Shown here: positions 12,537 to 24,083 of the stretch, one piece after another | How positions within the stretch are numbered: the stretch's first letter is position 1 | Layout of the letters: every line of letters begins with the position of its first letter | Assembly (NCBI GenBank): GCA_964016885.1 | Contig: OZ024754.1 | Location: forward strand, 22,382,001 to 22,446,000 | From: Eledone cirrhosa | Taxonomy: Eukaryota | Length of the DNA: 64,000 nucleotides | Direction of reading: 5' to 3' | Notes under the pieces: generated by a model | Databases searched by the model: none | What the model saw: the letters and a program-made list of their open reading frames with translations, nothing else | What the model was told of the DNA's origin: nothing | Position numbers and translations under genes: made by a program

Positions 12537-13436
12537 TCTATATATATAAAACTGAGGATGTCTGTCTGTGTGTGTGTGTGTGTGTGTGTGTGAGTTTGAA
12601 TCCCTAAAACTCTAGAACCACCCAACCGACTGTTTTCAAACTTTACACATGTAATACTTATGTTTCAGGGAGTGTTCTGAGCCCAAAAAATTTCAAATTT
12701 TCAATGCCCTAGGGACCGCATTAGGCGATTTAGCGATCTCTCTCTATAATTCTTAGCCTTTCTCTTTTTAGATAGATACATATAACGTCGCGCCCTCCTG
12801 TCTGACTGTCTGCATTACATCATTTCCCTGAGGATGTCTGTGTGTGTCTGTGAGTTTGAATCCCTAAAACTCGAGAAGTACCCAACCGACTTTTTTCAAA
12901 CTTTACATGTGTATTACTTATGTTTCAGGGAGTGTTAAGCACATAAAAAATTCAACTTTTTTGATCCCCTAGGTCCCGCATTAGTTAAAAAACTGCGCTT
13001 TTTCAGGTTTGTAGGGGTTTTTGAGTCGTTATGTCAGACTGATTTCCTTTAAATTGTAACTATGTATTAGTCAATCTCTTCTTCATACCGTGAGCAAAGA
13101 AAATCCAACTTTTTTATGGCCTGGCCCGCATTAAGTGAAAAACTTCATTTTTTTCCAGCTTTTTAGGCTTTTATGAGGCCGATTTTCCTGAAATTTTAAG
13201 GCATATTATGCACATAAAAAAAATTCATTTTCTTGGTCCCCTAGGGCTCGCATTAGGTGAAAACCTGCATTTTTCGTGCTTCATCGAGGAAAATCTTAAA
13301 GATTATCCAGCCATTAGAGTATTTGGTTTATTTTCTTTACATATTGTCAACGCATGTAGTTTTTCCACGATTAGGTCTGTTGGCGGCCTGCGTTCCAAAA
13401 TACCTTATCCCGTGCAACACTGGGTACCACTGCTAG
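12537..13436 (+). mobile_element. Non-autonomous Helitron
   Basis: A|TC 5' end, subterminal hairpin CCCGTGCAACACTGGG, CTAG|T 3' end; internal ~275-bp duplication; related fragments at ~31850-32085 (-) and ~54000-54250 (+). Confidence 0.75.
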
Positions 13437-13459
13437 TTATATATATATATGTATATATG

Positions 13460-14023
13460 ATCATCGATTAACGTCTATCTTCCACGTTAGCATGGGTTAG
13501 ACGGGTCCCATTTAGAGGCAAGTTGGGTCGGGTGACCGTGTCTCGCTTATATAGGGGTGTTTCTAGCTGGTTTTCTACGGTTGGATGCCCTTCCTAATGC
13601 CAACTACATTAACAGTGCTGGGTGATTTTTGCCGTGTCTTTTACATGTTTACTTTGCAGTGTGGTCTAGGTACTTTTTGCTATGTCTTTTACACGTCCAC
13701 TTTACAGTGTAGGCTGGGTGCTTTTTGTTGTGTCTTTTACACGTCCAGTGTAGGCTGAGAGTGGGTGGGGTGGTGGCGTGGGGCATACTTTACATATGCT
13801 TCAGCTTGTGCTTGTGGGAAGTTGGGTCTTCTTTATTATTGCATATTGCCAGAGATCCTGGTCATGTGTCATCTCCTTTGAGAGGTGCAATTGAGCAAGA
13901 TTGGCTTTTATCACCTCATCCCAGGTCTTCTTGGGTCTCCCCACTCCAAGGCTTCCAACGACATTGAGCGCTCTGCACTTTTTTATGCAGCTGTCATCCT
14001 TCATAAACAACACCTGTCCATAC
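13460..14023 (-). pseudogene. RTE LINE (family B) 3' end
   Basis: [10 protein letters not shown]...GRPKKTWDEVI plus 3' UTR with GGAAGGGCATCCA and CCCATGCTAACGTGGAAG. Confidence 0.8.
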
Positions 14024-16370
14024 TGTGGTGAGAAAGCTATTCCACTTACCGCGAGTTTGCTGGTTCACTCAAAGCCGTGCATCAATCTTCGTGTTATAAT
14101 CCATTCGCCAAGCTGCAGCTTCATCTGGTACGTCTGTCATTCCCCAAGTCACCGCGAGAGATGCAGCCTACAGACGCCGCCTCGGAAACGCATCTGACGT
14201 CACTCCTCCGCCTCCAGTCAAGCATCCCCAGCTTCCAGTTACCTCCTCCACACAGCCCCCCCCATCTCAAGGATCGATCTCCCCCTCAGACTGCTGCATG
14301 TGATAATCTGCCGGCGATCCCACCGCGATCTCCGTAATGTTGGGGCGGCGCTTTTGATTTCCTCTTCCTCGGAGTCCGTCAACACAACGATTCTATGGAC
14401 ATCCAGGACGTGACGTGGCACTCCGTCCATAGACACGTTATTCTGGGAATTTATGGCCGTTACCGTTCCCTTTGCCCATTGAGATGTGCAGCTTGCGTCT
14501 GGGGCGCTTAACCCAGACTTCCTCGCCCACCTGTACGAATGCGTTCTCTCTCTCTACTGGCCGTTGTGGTACCATGCACGGGTGCCGCCACTCATATTTG
14601 TAAATCGCTCTGTGTAGCACTGATTCCTCAGCCTGTCCCACCCGAGGGGACATATTGTACCAAATAACTGCCTCCATTGGTGTGATGTGCCCCGTTCCGC
14701 CATTGCTTTGATTGTGCGGTGGTATCGCTCCATGATCCCATTTCCGCTCGGCCTGTATGCTGCTCTGAAGAAGCGGTCCACCTTCCACCCATCAAGCATT
14801 TCCCTCAGCGCCTCCGAGCAGAATGCTGCGCCTTATCCATCAGCAGTTCATCCACAGTGCCCCGCTCCAAGAATATCTCTCTCAACGTCCGTGTGATTTC
14901 CTCCGCAGTTCCCATCTTCATTTCCCTCCATATCGCCATCCATCCCAGTCCACAATCAACCATCGAGGGGTATGTTCCCTGTTGGTAGTGTGTCACGTCC
15001 ACCACCAATCGCTTCCAGTCGCAAACCACCGGGAGACTTCCCGACTCGTGCACACCCGGGGCGGGATCAATAGACTGGCATCGGACGCAGCCTCTGACCA
15101 CTCTCTGGACACTGTCTCTGCTAACGTCGGAATCAATTCTTCTGGCTAAGAACAGGGTCCTATCCACTCCCATGTGGTGCATGGTATGCAACCCTTTAAG
15201 GTCTGACTCGCTCAGCCGACACACAGCGGCTATCCCCTCTTCTGCATCCTCTGGCGCTTCCATCCAGGCTTTCTTCACCCTGGTTAAAACGTGTGCTCTA
15301 TTTTTCTCTGAGGGCACGAAGACTACACTCAACCTCAGGTCGAACTCGGTGGTCAGCTCTCCTAGAGTTCCCAGGCGGCGCTTTATCAGCATTTCTCCCG
15401 CCCCTCTCGTTGGCACTCTCTTTTCACTGGTAAGCACTGACCTCACCCATCCGAGTACAGTCGCCGAGTCGGTGCGAATCTCAATGGTGCGCAGTCCCTA
15501 CCTCAAGGCGAGGTTCACCCCTCTCAACACAGCGTCCAGCTCGGCCACATTGTTGTGGTTACAATTCTTCATGAGCCAGGCTGCATCCTCGAGCTCGACA
15601 CCTATCTCCAACGTGACACATAGCGCTATGCTGCTGGCATCACACCATACGGTCCCGCTCTGCGATTCGGGGATTTACCAGTGTCCTAGCACTGAGTCAT
15701 CGGCCTTCACTCTTCCCACGATCTCCTGCATCATGGCCACCGTCCTCTCTCCCACCTTGTCACCCCGTTCGCTCGTCTCTTGACATAGCTGCATGCCGTC
15801 CGGAGCCACCCAGCGAGGGTAGTGACCCACTAATTTTCCACACACCGAGAAGAGTTCCCATTCATATTTGGGCCCAGTTCCGGGACTTCATTTCCCCCGT
15901 CTTGTCTCTTCGCAGCCTAAGTCCTAGTGCGGTTCCTCTCTCCAACGCCTCTGATGGCTTCGCAGTCAATCCGTATCCTCGCAAATGGCTTGTGACCTCT
16001 GCCGCCGACACTATAGTCTCGTCCACTAAGATGTCGTCGATGTAGGAATTGGTGGCCTTTCCCAGAATGGTCTTGAGGACCGCCGCCATGATCTTTGGTG
16101 CAGAGTTCAGCCCGAAACCGAGCCTGGTCAGGCAATATGTGTGGCCTTTATACCTGACAAGCTGATACTGCCACAGCTTCTCCTCCACGTGTAGCTGTAG
16201 ATATGCTGGCTTTAAGTCACCAATCGTAGAAGCCCCCTCCCCCCCATCATACGTCTACTCGCGCAGAGTTTCCCCCCGTGACCTCACCACCCGTGTGACA
16301 TAACACATGCTCGTTCAGCTCCCGAAAATCCAACACTGGTCTCACCTTGTTCTTCGTGGGTTGCACAAAT
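14024..16370 (-). mobile_element. Truncated Ty3/gypsy LTR retrotransposon with 3' LTR
   Basis: RT (LGFGLNSAP, YIDD), RNase H (WCDAS), integrase (H-H-C-C finger, DVTHY, GNGIMERYHRTIK); LTR 14024-14254 with TG...CA ends; polypurine tract GAGATGGGGGGGGC at 14255-14268 on the minus strand. Confidence 0.9.
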
Positions 16371-16371
16371 A

Positions 16372-16570
16372 GGGTTAAACAAATAGGGCAGCGATGGTTG
16401 CCGAACACTGTACTGCTTAATTCGGGCTGTTTGTTTACAAACAAACCAAACATTATAATAAATGTTCGGTAAACCCATACGTACATATATATGTATGTGT
16501 GCATGTATGTATGTATATACATACTACTGTACGTCTGTATACTTATATGTATGTACGTATACATACTTAC
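16372..16570. repeat. Single arm homologous to the 19384-19896 foldback element
   Basis: TGTTTGTTTACAAAC..CATTATAATAAATGTTCGGT..CCATAC shared with ~19690-19896. Confidence 0.8.
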
Positions 16571-17092
16571 ATATAGTATGTCTATATATAAAACTCAATG
16601 AGAATTTAAATTATGTTAGTTTTTATTCTAATCATCCTAAAAGTGTTAAGAATGCAATAGTATACAACAACGAATATCCAGGCTATCTGCTATAGATCCA
16701 TATTTAATAGTAAGGCTGTATACTATAATGAAGCGTTACATAAAGCTGGATATAACAATAATATTGAGTATATAGAAAAAAATAGTTAAAATAATATTAA
16801 TTATAATCACACTAATCATAATAAAAATGAATATAAAAACATCTTGAGGAATAAATTGGGGAAAAAAATAAGAACTAGATCTATAATTTGGTATGCTCCG
16901 CTTGCATCTTTAACTATTAAAACACCGGTAGCACACTTATTTTTTAAAGCTTTGGATAAATACTTCCCTAGGTCACATAAATATTTTCAATAGACACAGT
17001 TTAACTTTCTTATTCAACAACTATGAATATTGCTCAAAATATAGCAAAAATAAACAGTAAAAATCTTAATTTGAACCAACATATAATTAGCA

Positions 17093-17280
17093 ATAATTGT
17101 TTCTACTTTAGGCACAAGGCCAGCAATTATCCAGTGCATTACTGGTACTTTATTTTATCGACCCCGTAAGGATGAAAGGCAAAGTCAACCTCGGCGGGAT
17201 TTGAACTCAGATCGTAAAGGGACGTAACTATGCTGGAAAGCATGGCGTCCGACCCTCTACCGATACTGCCAATCCACCCC
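17093..17280 (-). mobile_element. SINE family A
   Basis: Reverse-complement full copy. Confidence 0.85.
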
Positions 17281-18522
17281 CATATAATTAGCAATAATAA
17301 CAATAATAATAACAAAAAGTTAATGGGAATAACAATAATAGTGTAAATACTAATAATAGTAGAACACCTGTAAATAATAACGTGAATAGTTTAAGGACTG
17401 GAAATAACATTGAGAAGAAATGTAATTGTAGAAAGAAATCCGAATGTCCTTTACAAAATAATTGCCTTGACACGAATATAGTATATAACTGTATCATTAA
17501 GAAAAATAATAATATATATAACTATATTGGTGCCACTTCATCTAAGTTTAAGGAACGTTGGTATAATCATAGACAGTCTTTTGCTAAACCAGATAAGAAA
17601 TTTTCAACTTCACTTTCGCAATTAATATGGTCTTTAAAGGACAATAATATTAAATACTCCATCTCTTGGACCAAGTTAAAGAAAACCAATTCCTATCAGA
17701 ACGCTTCTATTTCTCAAAATTGCAATCTTTGAAATTTCGAGAATCTACAGATAATTACAAATTATGACAATTTAATGAACAAAAAAAAACAATTATTCAG
17801 TAGTTGTCACCATAAAATTGGTAAAACTTTCCAAGCATTGTACAGGTTTCGAAAAAATATTGACGATTAATAATTTAATATGTTTTTGCCTTATTGTGGT
17901 AATAATTTATTGATATTTATATGTATTAGAATTATTTTATTAAGAGTCTCGTTATCCTATGTTTTGATTAGGACAGTTCAATATCTAACTAGACATCTTT
18001 TATGATATTTGCAATAGTTGATTTATGGTTTTCGAAATATCGCAGAATGTGTGAGTAGAGATATGTTATAAATGTTTGTATATGGGGAATGAGTTATCTT
18101 CCTTTTGTTTACATTGTCCGTAAAATTTCCTTCCTTTTGTCTAGCTTGCTGAATTATATTAGTTTTGAAATATGTAGACTAATAATATACAGACTATCAT
18201 TAAAATAAAACTATATAAATAAGTAAATACAGAAGTAAATATAACCTTCATGAAATTAAACTTTTGAGAGTAAATGTAACTGCAGTTAAATCCTAGAAAT
18301 TAAATGAAAATTATAGAATAGTGAAGATTTTATAAAGAGAATATCATAATTAAATAATTTGAGTAATATATGATCTAAATATATTATATGTATTGATGGT
18401 GACTTATGTATGGTATTAGATTTTAATACATATGTAATAATTATTCAAATACGCTTTAATGATTAATTCTTTTAAAGTTGTAACAAAATATTTAGAGAAT
18501 ATCTTACCTTAAAATTAAAAAT

Positions 18523-18628
18523 AATTGTTTCTACTATTGGCACAAGGTCAGCAATTACCCAGTACATTACTGGTACTTTATTTTATCGACCCCGTAAGGA
18601 TGAAAGGCAAAGTTAACCTCGGCGGGTT
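18523..18628 (-). mobile_element. SINE family A, 5'-truncated
   Basis: Core and tail only. Confidence 0.8.
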
Positions 18629-19196
18629 TTAATCTATAATGAGTTAAATTAAATTATATAAATTTTATATAAATTTTTAATTAAACTATATATGTGATTG
18701 CTATAGAAAATATCTATACTGATTAATTTTGATATAATATATAAGTATAATTAGCTAAGGCATAATCAAATACTAAAGATATTCAATTGTTTAGTTGAAT
18801 TGATTGGATGTCCTATTTGATCCAGTATTTGAAAACAACGGTTTTTTCTATATCCCCTTCTATTTTCTTTACCCCCCTCTGTTCACTTTACTTTCCTTAC
18901 ACCTTCCCTCTTTTGTCGTTATTCCTCTTTTCTTTTTTATATATTTCTTTTACGCATTCATCATTGTATTTTTTATTTTTTATTCATTTATTTATTTATG
19001 TATTTATTTTTTTCCTGCCTTTCCTCTTCTTTACACCCTCTCTCATATCTCTAATGTGCTCTACGTCCTTTTCTTCTTTAAGTTTATCATATTATTTGTG
19101 GTATATAAACGTTGAGATTTGATGAAATAAATCACTGCCAATACTGGAATTGTATAATCAAGACCGTAGTGGTATGTCATATATCAAATCATATAT

Positions 19197-19252
19197 TTTA
19201 TCTGATGAAGACGTACTGAAAAAACAACACAGTACCTTTGAAATATAATAAA
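19197..19252 (+). ncRNA. Type I hammerhead ribozyme, PLE-associated, long stem II
   Basis: TTTAT-CTGATGA-agac GTACTG [loop] CAGTAC cttt-GAAA-TATA-ATAAA; stem I TTTAT/ATAAA. Confidence 0.6.
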
Positions 19253-19383
19253 GCATATATTTTGATTATGTCAATATCCTTCATTTGTTAATATTTTGAA
19301 AAATATATATATGTATATGTATATATAAACGGAAAAAATGAAACGAAATTTCATTTCCCACTCTTAAAACGGCTGTTACTTAA

Positions 19384-19896
19384 ATATAAGTATGTACACG
19401 TACATACATATATGTATACAGACGTACAGTAGTATGTATATATATATACATACATGCACACACATATATATATATGTATGTATGGATTCACCGAACATTT
19501 ATTATAATGCTCGGTGTGTTTGTAAACAAACATCCCGTATTAAGCCGTAGTGTCCAGCAACCATCGTTGCTCGTTTGTTCAACACTGACAAAGGAACGCT
19601 GTACTAGTTTCAAGCTTATTAGCTATCGTCAGCAACGTATACCTTCCTGCCAGATTGATAATAAGCTTGAAACTAGTACAGCGGTCCTTTGTCAGTGTTG
19701 AACAAACGAGCAACGAGGGTTGCGGGACACTACGGCTTAATACGGGATGTTTGTTTACAAACACACCGAGCATTATAATAAATGTTCGGTGAATCCATAC
19801 ATACATATATATATATGTGTGTGCATGTATGTATATATATATACATACTACTGTACGTCTGTATACATATATGTATGTACGTGTACATACTTATAT
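19384..19896. repeat. Foldback/palindromic element, ~238-bp arms with a 37-bp spacer
   Basis: 19384-19621 is the near-exact reverse complement of 19659-19896; mirrored ORFs 19474+ and 19579- in the track. Confidence 0.9.
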
Positions 19897-20059
19897 ATAT
19901 ATATATATACATATATATAAATATGGTTTTATAAATATAGTTTCCATTTATTTAATATGATTGAATATTTACTCCAAGAACTTGTTGAGTGCTCTAAATC
20001 AGTTATAAACATTTATATTTATATTTGTCGGATTTCCAACAAATTAAATACCCCTTCCA

Positions 20060-20159
20060 CTTATATATATATGTATGTATATATAAATATATGTATGTAT
20101 ATATCTATATATGTATATATATATATATATATGTATATATATGTATATATATGTATATG

Positions 20160-20190
<31 letters not shown>

Positions 20191-20808
20191 GTATATGTAT
20201 ATATATATATTTTGTTTCTGAATTTGTTTAGCAAGATTGTTTATCTGAAATCGTGTGTTGAAACCGATATTGTTATACTTTGGGAGGGTCATGTTGCCAA
20301 TAAGTATGTTTCTTATTGGCAACATGACCCTCCCAAAGTATAACAATATATATATATATATATGTATATATATGTATATGTATATATATGTATATGTATA
20401 TATATGTATATATATGTATATGTATATATATGTATATATATGTATATGTATATATATATTTGTATATATATATATGTATATATATATGTATGTATATATA
20501 TATGTATGTATATATATATGTATGTGTATATATATGTATATATATATATGTATATATATATATGTATATATATATTTGTATATATATATGTATATATATA
20601 TATATATATGTGTATATATATATATGTGTGTATATATATGTGTGTATATATATGTATATATATATGTGTATATATATGTGTATATATATATGTGTATATA
20701 TATATATATGTATATATATATATGTGTATATATATATATGTATGTATATATAAATATATGTATATATGTATATATATATATATATATGTATGTATATATG
20801 TATGTATG
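20060..20808. repeat. (TA)n/(TATG)n microsatellite with an embedded perfect 38-bp-stem hairpin
   Basis: Arms 20267-20304 and 20312-20349, 7-nt loop. Confidence 0.9.
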
Positions 20809-20811
20809 TTT

Positions 20812-21297
20812 TCTCTTTCTCTTAATTTTGAGTATATTTTTTGACCGGCCACCTTCCTGGTGGCAAGGTTGTAAAAGAAAAGAAATTGTCATCCCTTGAA
20901 TCGCAAGAATGTTTTGCAAATTTTGAAGGTGCCAGCTATCGCAGCCATTTGTAGACTATGAATTAGGGAGCTGCGCTTTTTGTCCGCAAATCCAAGTTCA
21001 GTCATACTTTGGTCCAAGCGGGTTGGTATATAACCCGTAGCACCAATAATGATGGGCATGAAGCTAAAGGTGTATCTTGGATACTGGATTTGTAAACTCC
21101 TCATCAATGGTCCGTAGATGTCCTCCTTCTCCTGTATTTTTCTGACAACGTTTACATCAAGTGGGCAGCTGATCTCCACAACAGAACACGTTTTCAATGT
21201 GTGGTCCCAAACTACAATATCAGGCCGGTTGTGCTTTAATTTGGTGGCAGTTTTTATTTTCAGGTTCCACCAGTATTCCTTAGTGCCATCTGTCTCA
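20812..21297 (-). pseudogene. R4/Dong-like LINE 3' end (restriction-like endonuclease domain)
   Basis: [21 protein letters not shown]...VVEISCP...EKEDIY...PIIIGATG; flanked by microsatellites. Confidence 0.75.
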
Positions 21298-21394
21298 ATG
21301 TATGTATGTATGTATGTATATATATATGTATATATATATGTAAATATATATATATATGTATATATATATGTATATATATATATATATATATATG

Positions 21395-21432
<38 letters not shown>

Positions 21433-21538
21433 AATATATATATATGTATATATGTATGTATGTATGTATATATATAATATATGTGTAAATATATATATAT
21501 ATGTATGTATATATATGTAATTATATATATATATGTAT

Positions 21539-23205
21539 ATCATCATCATCATTTTACGTCCGCTTTTCCCTGCTTGCAAGGGTGGGACGGGTCTTATTCA
21601 GCACAGCATCTCTCCACTTGTCACGGTCCTTCGTCATCTCCACCGTGTGCTTCAGTGATCTGAGGTCTGTTCTCACCACCTCCGCCCATATTTTTCGTGG
21701 TCTACCTCTACCACGTCTTTCTTCAACTGGCATTTCCTGGCACTTCTTCATCCATTGGTCATCCTCCATGCGCATCACATGTCCATACCACCTCAGTCTC
21801 CTCTCTCGCACACTACATTCTATCACTCTCAGACACAGTTTCTCTCTCAATACATTCATGCTGGGTCGTTCATGCACATTGCACATCCAACGGAGCATGC
21901 TTGCCTCATTTCTCTCCAGCCGTCGCATATCCTCTGCAGTTTCTGCCCATATCTCACTACCATGTAGCATCGTGCATCTCACACAGGCATCATATAACCG
22001 GCCTTTTGTACGCAGGGAGAAATCCTTCTTCGTCAGCAGAGGAAGCAGCTTCCTAAACTTTTTCCAACCCATCCTTATTCTAGATACTATAGCCTCGGAA
22101 CACCCCCTGCCATGCTAAGCTGATCTACTAGGTACCGGAAGCTATCCACCACTTCTATAGCACCTGCCTGCATTTGAAAAATGTGTCTATCAATGCGACT
22201 TCTACTGTCTAATTTCCCTGTACATCTACTGCATACGTATTTCTCCCTACCTGTTAGTTTGCCTGCTATCCCACTACATCTCTTGTGTACCCAGGATCTG
22301 CATTGTGTGCATTTTATAGAATTTATGCCAGTTCCTTTTCTTCATATCGAACATGGCTATTTCCCTGACGGAATCAGAGTTTTGCCCTCTTTTCTCCTCA
22401 TCAACACTTTTGTTTTAGCTAGGTTCACTCTCAGTCCTCTTGCTTCCAACTGCTGTTTCCATAGCCATAATTTATTCTCTAGCTCCTCTACTGATTCTGC
22501 TATAAGAACAAGATCGTCAACATAGAGAAGTTCCCATGGACAGCCAGTCTTAAACTTCTCTGTTATGGCTTGGAGGACTATAATGAACAAGAGCGGGCTG
22601 AGGACTGAACCTTGATGTACTCCTACTTATATCTGGAATTCCTCACTAAATTCAATTCCTACCCTGACTTTACTGACAGCACCTCTGTACAAAGTATGTA
22701 CTGTCCTCGCAAGCCATTCTTCAACACCTAGTTTTCTTAGGGACCACCAGATGACAGATCGGGGTACCCTATCAAAAGCCATCTCTAGGTCAACAAAGGC
22801 TAAGTATAGTGGCCTATTCTTCTCTAAGAACCTCTCTTGTAATTGTCTCACCAAACTGCATCTCATCTAGTTTGACCCTTTCTCTAATTAATTGTGCCAA
22901 TATCCTTTCTGCCACTTTCATAACCCGATCCATCAGTTTTATACCCCTATAATTGCTCCTCTCCAGAGCATCCCCTTTACCTTTGTAGCAATTTATGAGA
23001 ATAATGCTGCACCAGTCTTTGGGTATGACACCACCATATATAGCCTGATTGATGATGCGTGCAACCAGTTTAATGCCTACGTCTCCTGATGCCTTCAGCA
23101 TCTCAGCAACTATCCCCGATGGTCCAGCAGCCTTACCATTTTTCATTTCCTTAATCGCCTCTTGGACCCTATATTCGTCAATCTCAATAGCTGGTCCCTC
23201 TGTCA
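21539..23205 (-). mobile_element. RTE LINE family A, 5'-truncated
   Basis: ORFs 22814-23206, 22627-22866, 22357-22590 and 21554-22072; (GAT)n tail. Confidence 0.9.
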
Positions 23206-23786
23206 TACATATGTATGTATGTATGTTCTTCTGGTTTTATAATTTCACAAAGTTTTACCAATAGAGAGAGAGTCGGTTTCTAACATAGATACAAAACTCT
23301 CTCATTGGAATTTACACAACATCAACTAGGTAGATATGTATGCATGTCTACATGCATCATGTGTAGGTGTGGATGTGGATGTTTTGAGTTGTATGTGTTC
23401 ATGTGTATATGCTTTGCATCTGTACATGTGTATATGCAGTTATTAAATGGAATGTTTTACATATTTTTACTGTTACATTAATGGATTGTACTTGAGAGGG
23501 CCCCTGAGTCCAGTAAGACATTCTCTCTAGTGCTGGTGGCACGAATAAAAGCACCCAGTCCATGCTGTAAAGTGGTGCTAGTGTTAGGAAGGGCATCCAA
23601 CCAGTATATATACAACTGCCAGAAACTATGAGCACAACAAATGAGAATTGCATCAACAGCAATAACACTAACCATGTTAGGACTGCGCACGGTAGTGGGG
23701 TGTCTGGTGAGTCCATGTGCGAGAACCCCACCGAGCGTCATCAATCGCACTACAGGAAAAAGAACGAGAATTTGAAGATGTTGCAG

Positions 23787-24083
23787 TATTCTCATAAATT
23801 GCTACAAAGGTAAAGGGGATGCTCTGGAGAGGAGCAATTATAGGGGCATAAAACTGATGGATCAGGTTATGAAAGTGGCAGAAAGGATATTAGCGCAACT
23901 AATTAGAGAAAGGGTCAAACTAGATGAGATGCAGTTTGGTTTTGTGCCTGGGAAAAGTACAACAGATGCCCTAAGTGAGACAACTACAAGAGAGGTTCTT
24001 AGAGAAGAATAAGCCACTATACTTAGCCTTTGTTGACCTAGAGAAGGCCTTTGATAGGGTACCCGGATCTGTCATCTGGTGGT
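23787..24083 (+). pseudogene. RTE RT fragment
   Basis: NCYKGKGDALERSNYRGIKL...FVDLEKAFDRVPGSVIWW. Confidence 0.85.

Larger units (their letters stand above)
16590..19260 (+). mobile_element. Decayed Penelope-like element, Naiad-type (RT thumb, GIY-YIG, 3' hammerhead)
   Basis: YSNHPKS, RSIIWYAP...LDKYFP, CNCRKKSECPLQNNCL..IVY..YIGAT..FKERWYNH, CNL*..E...LMNK...SSCHH; interrupted by SINEs; the 3' boundary is inferred from the hammerhead at 19197-19252. Confidence 0.75.

Noticed and set aside
20025-21579. Long YI/IY/MYV-rich ORFs (also 35488-35750 and 39520-40354)
   Set aside because: Translations of (TA)n/(TATG)n microsatellites, not genes
23265-23312. Minus-strand CCAATGA...GAAACCGAC motif
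   Set aside because: Lacks CUGA and a convincing stem II
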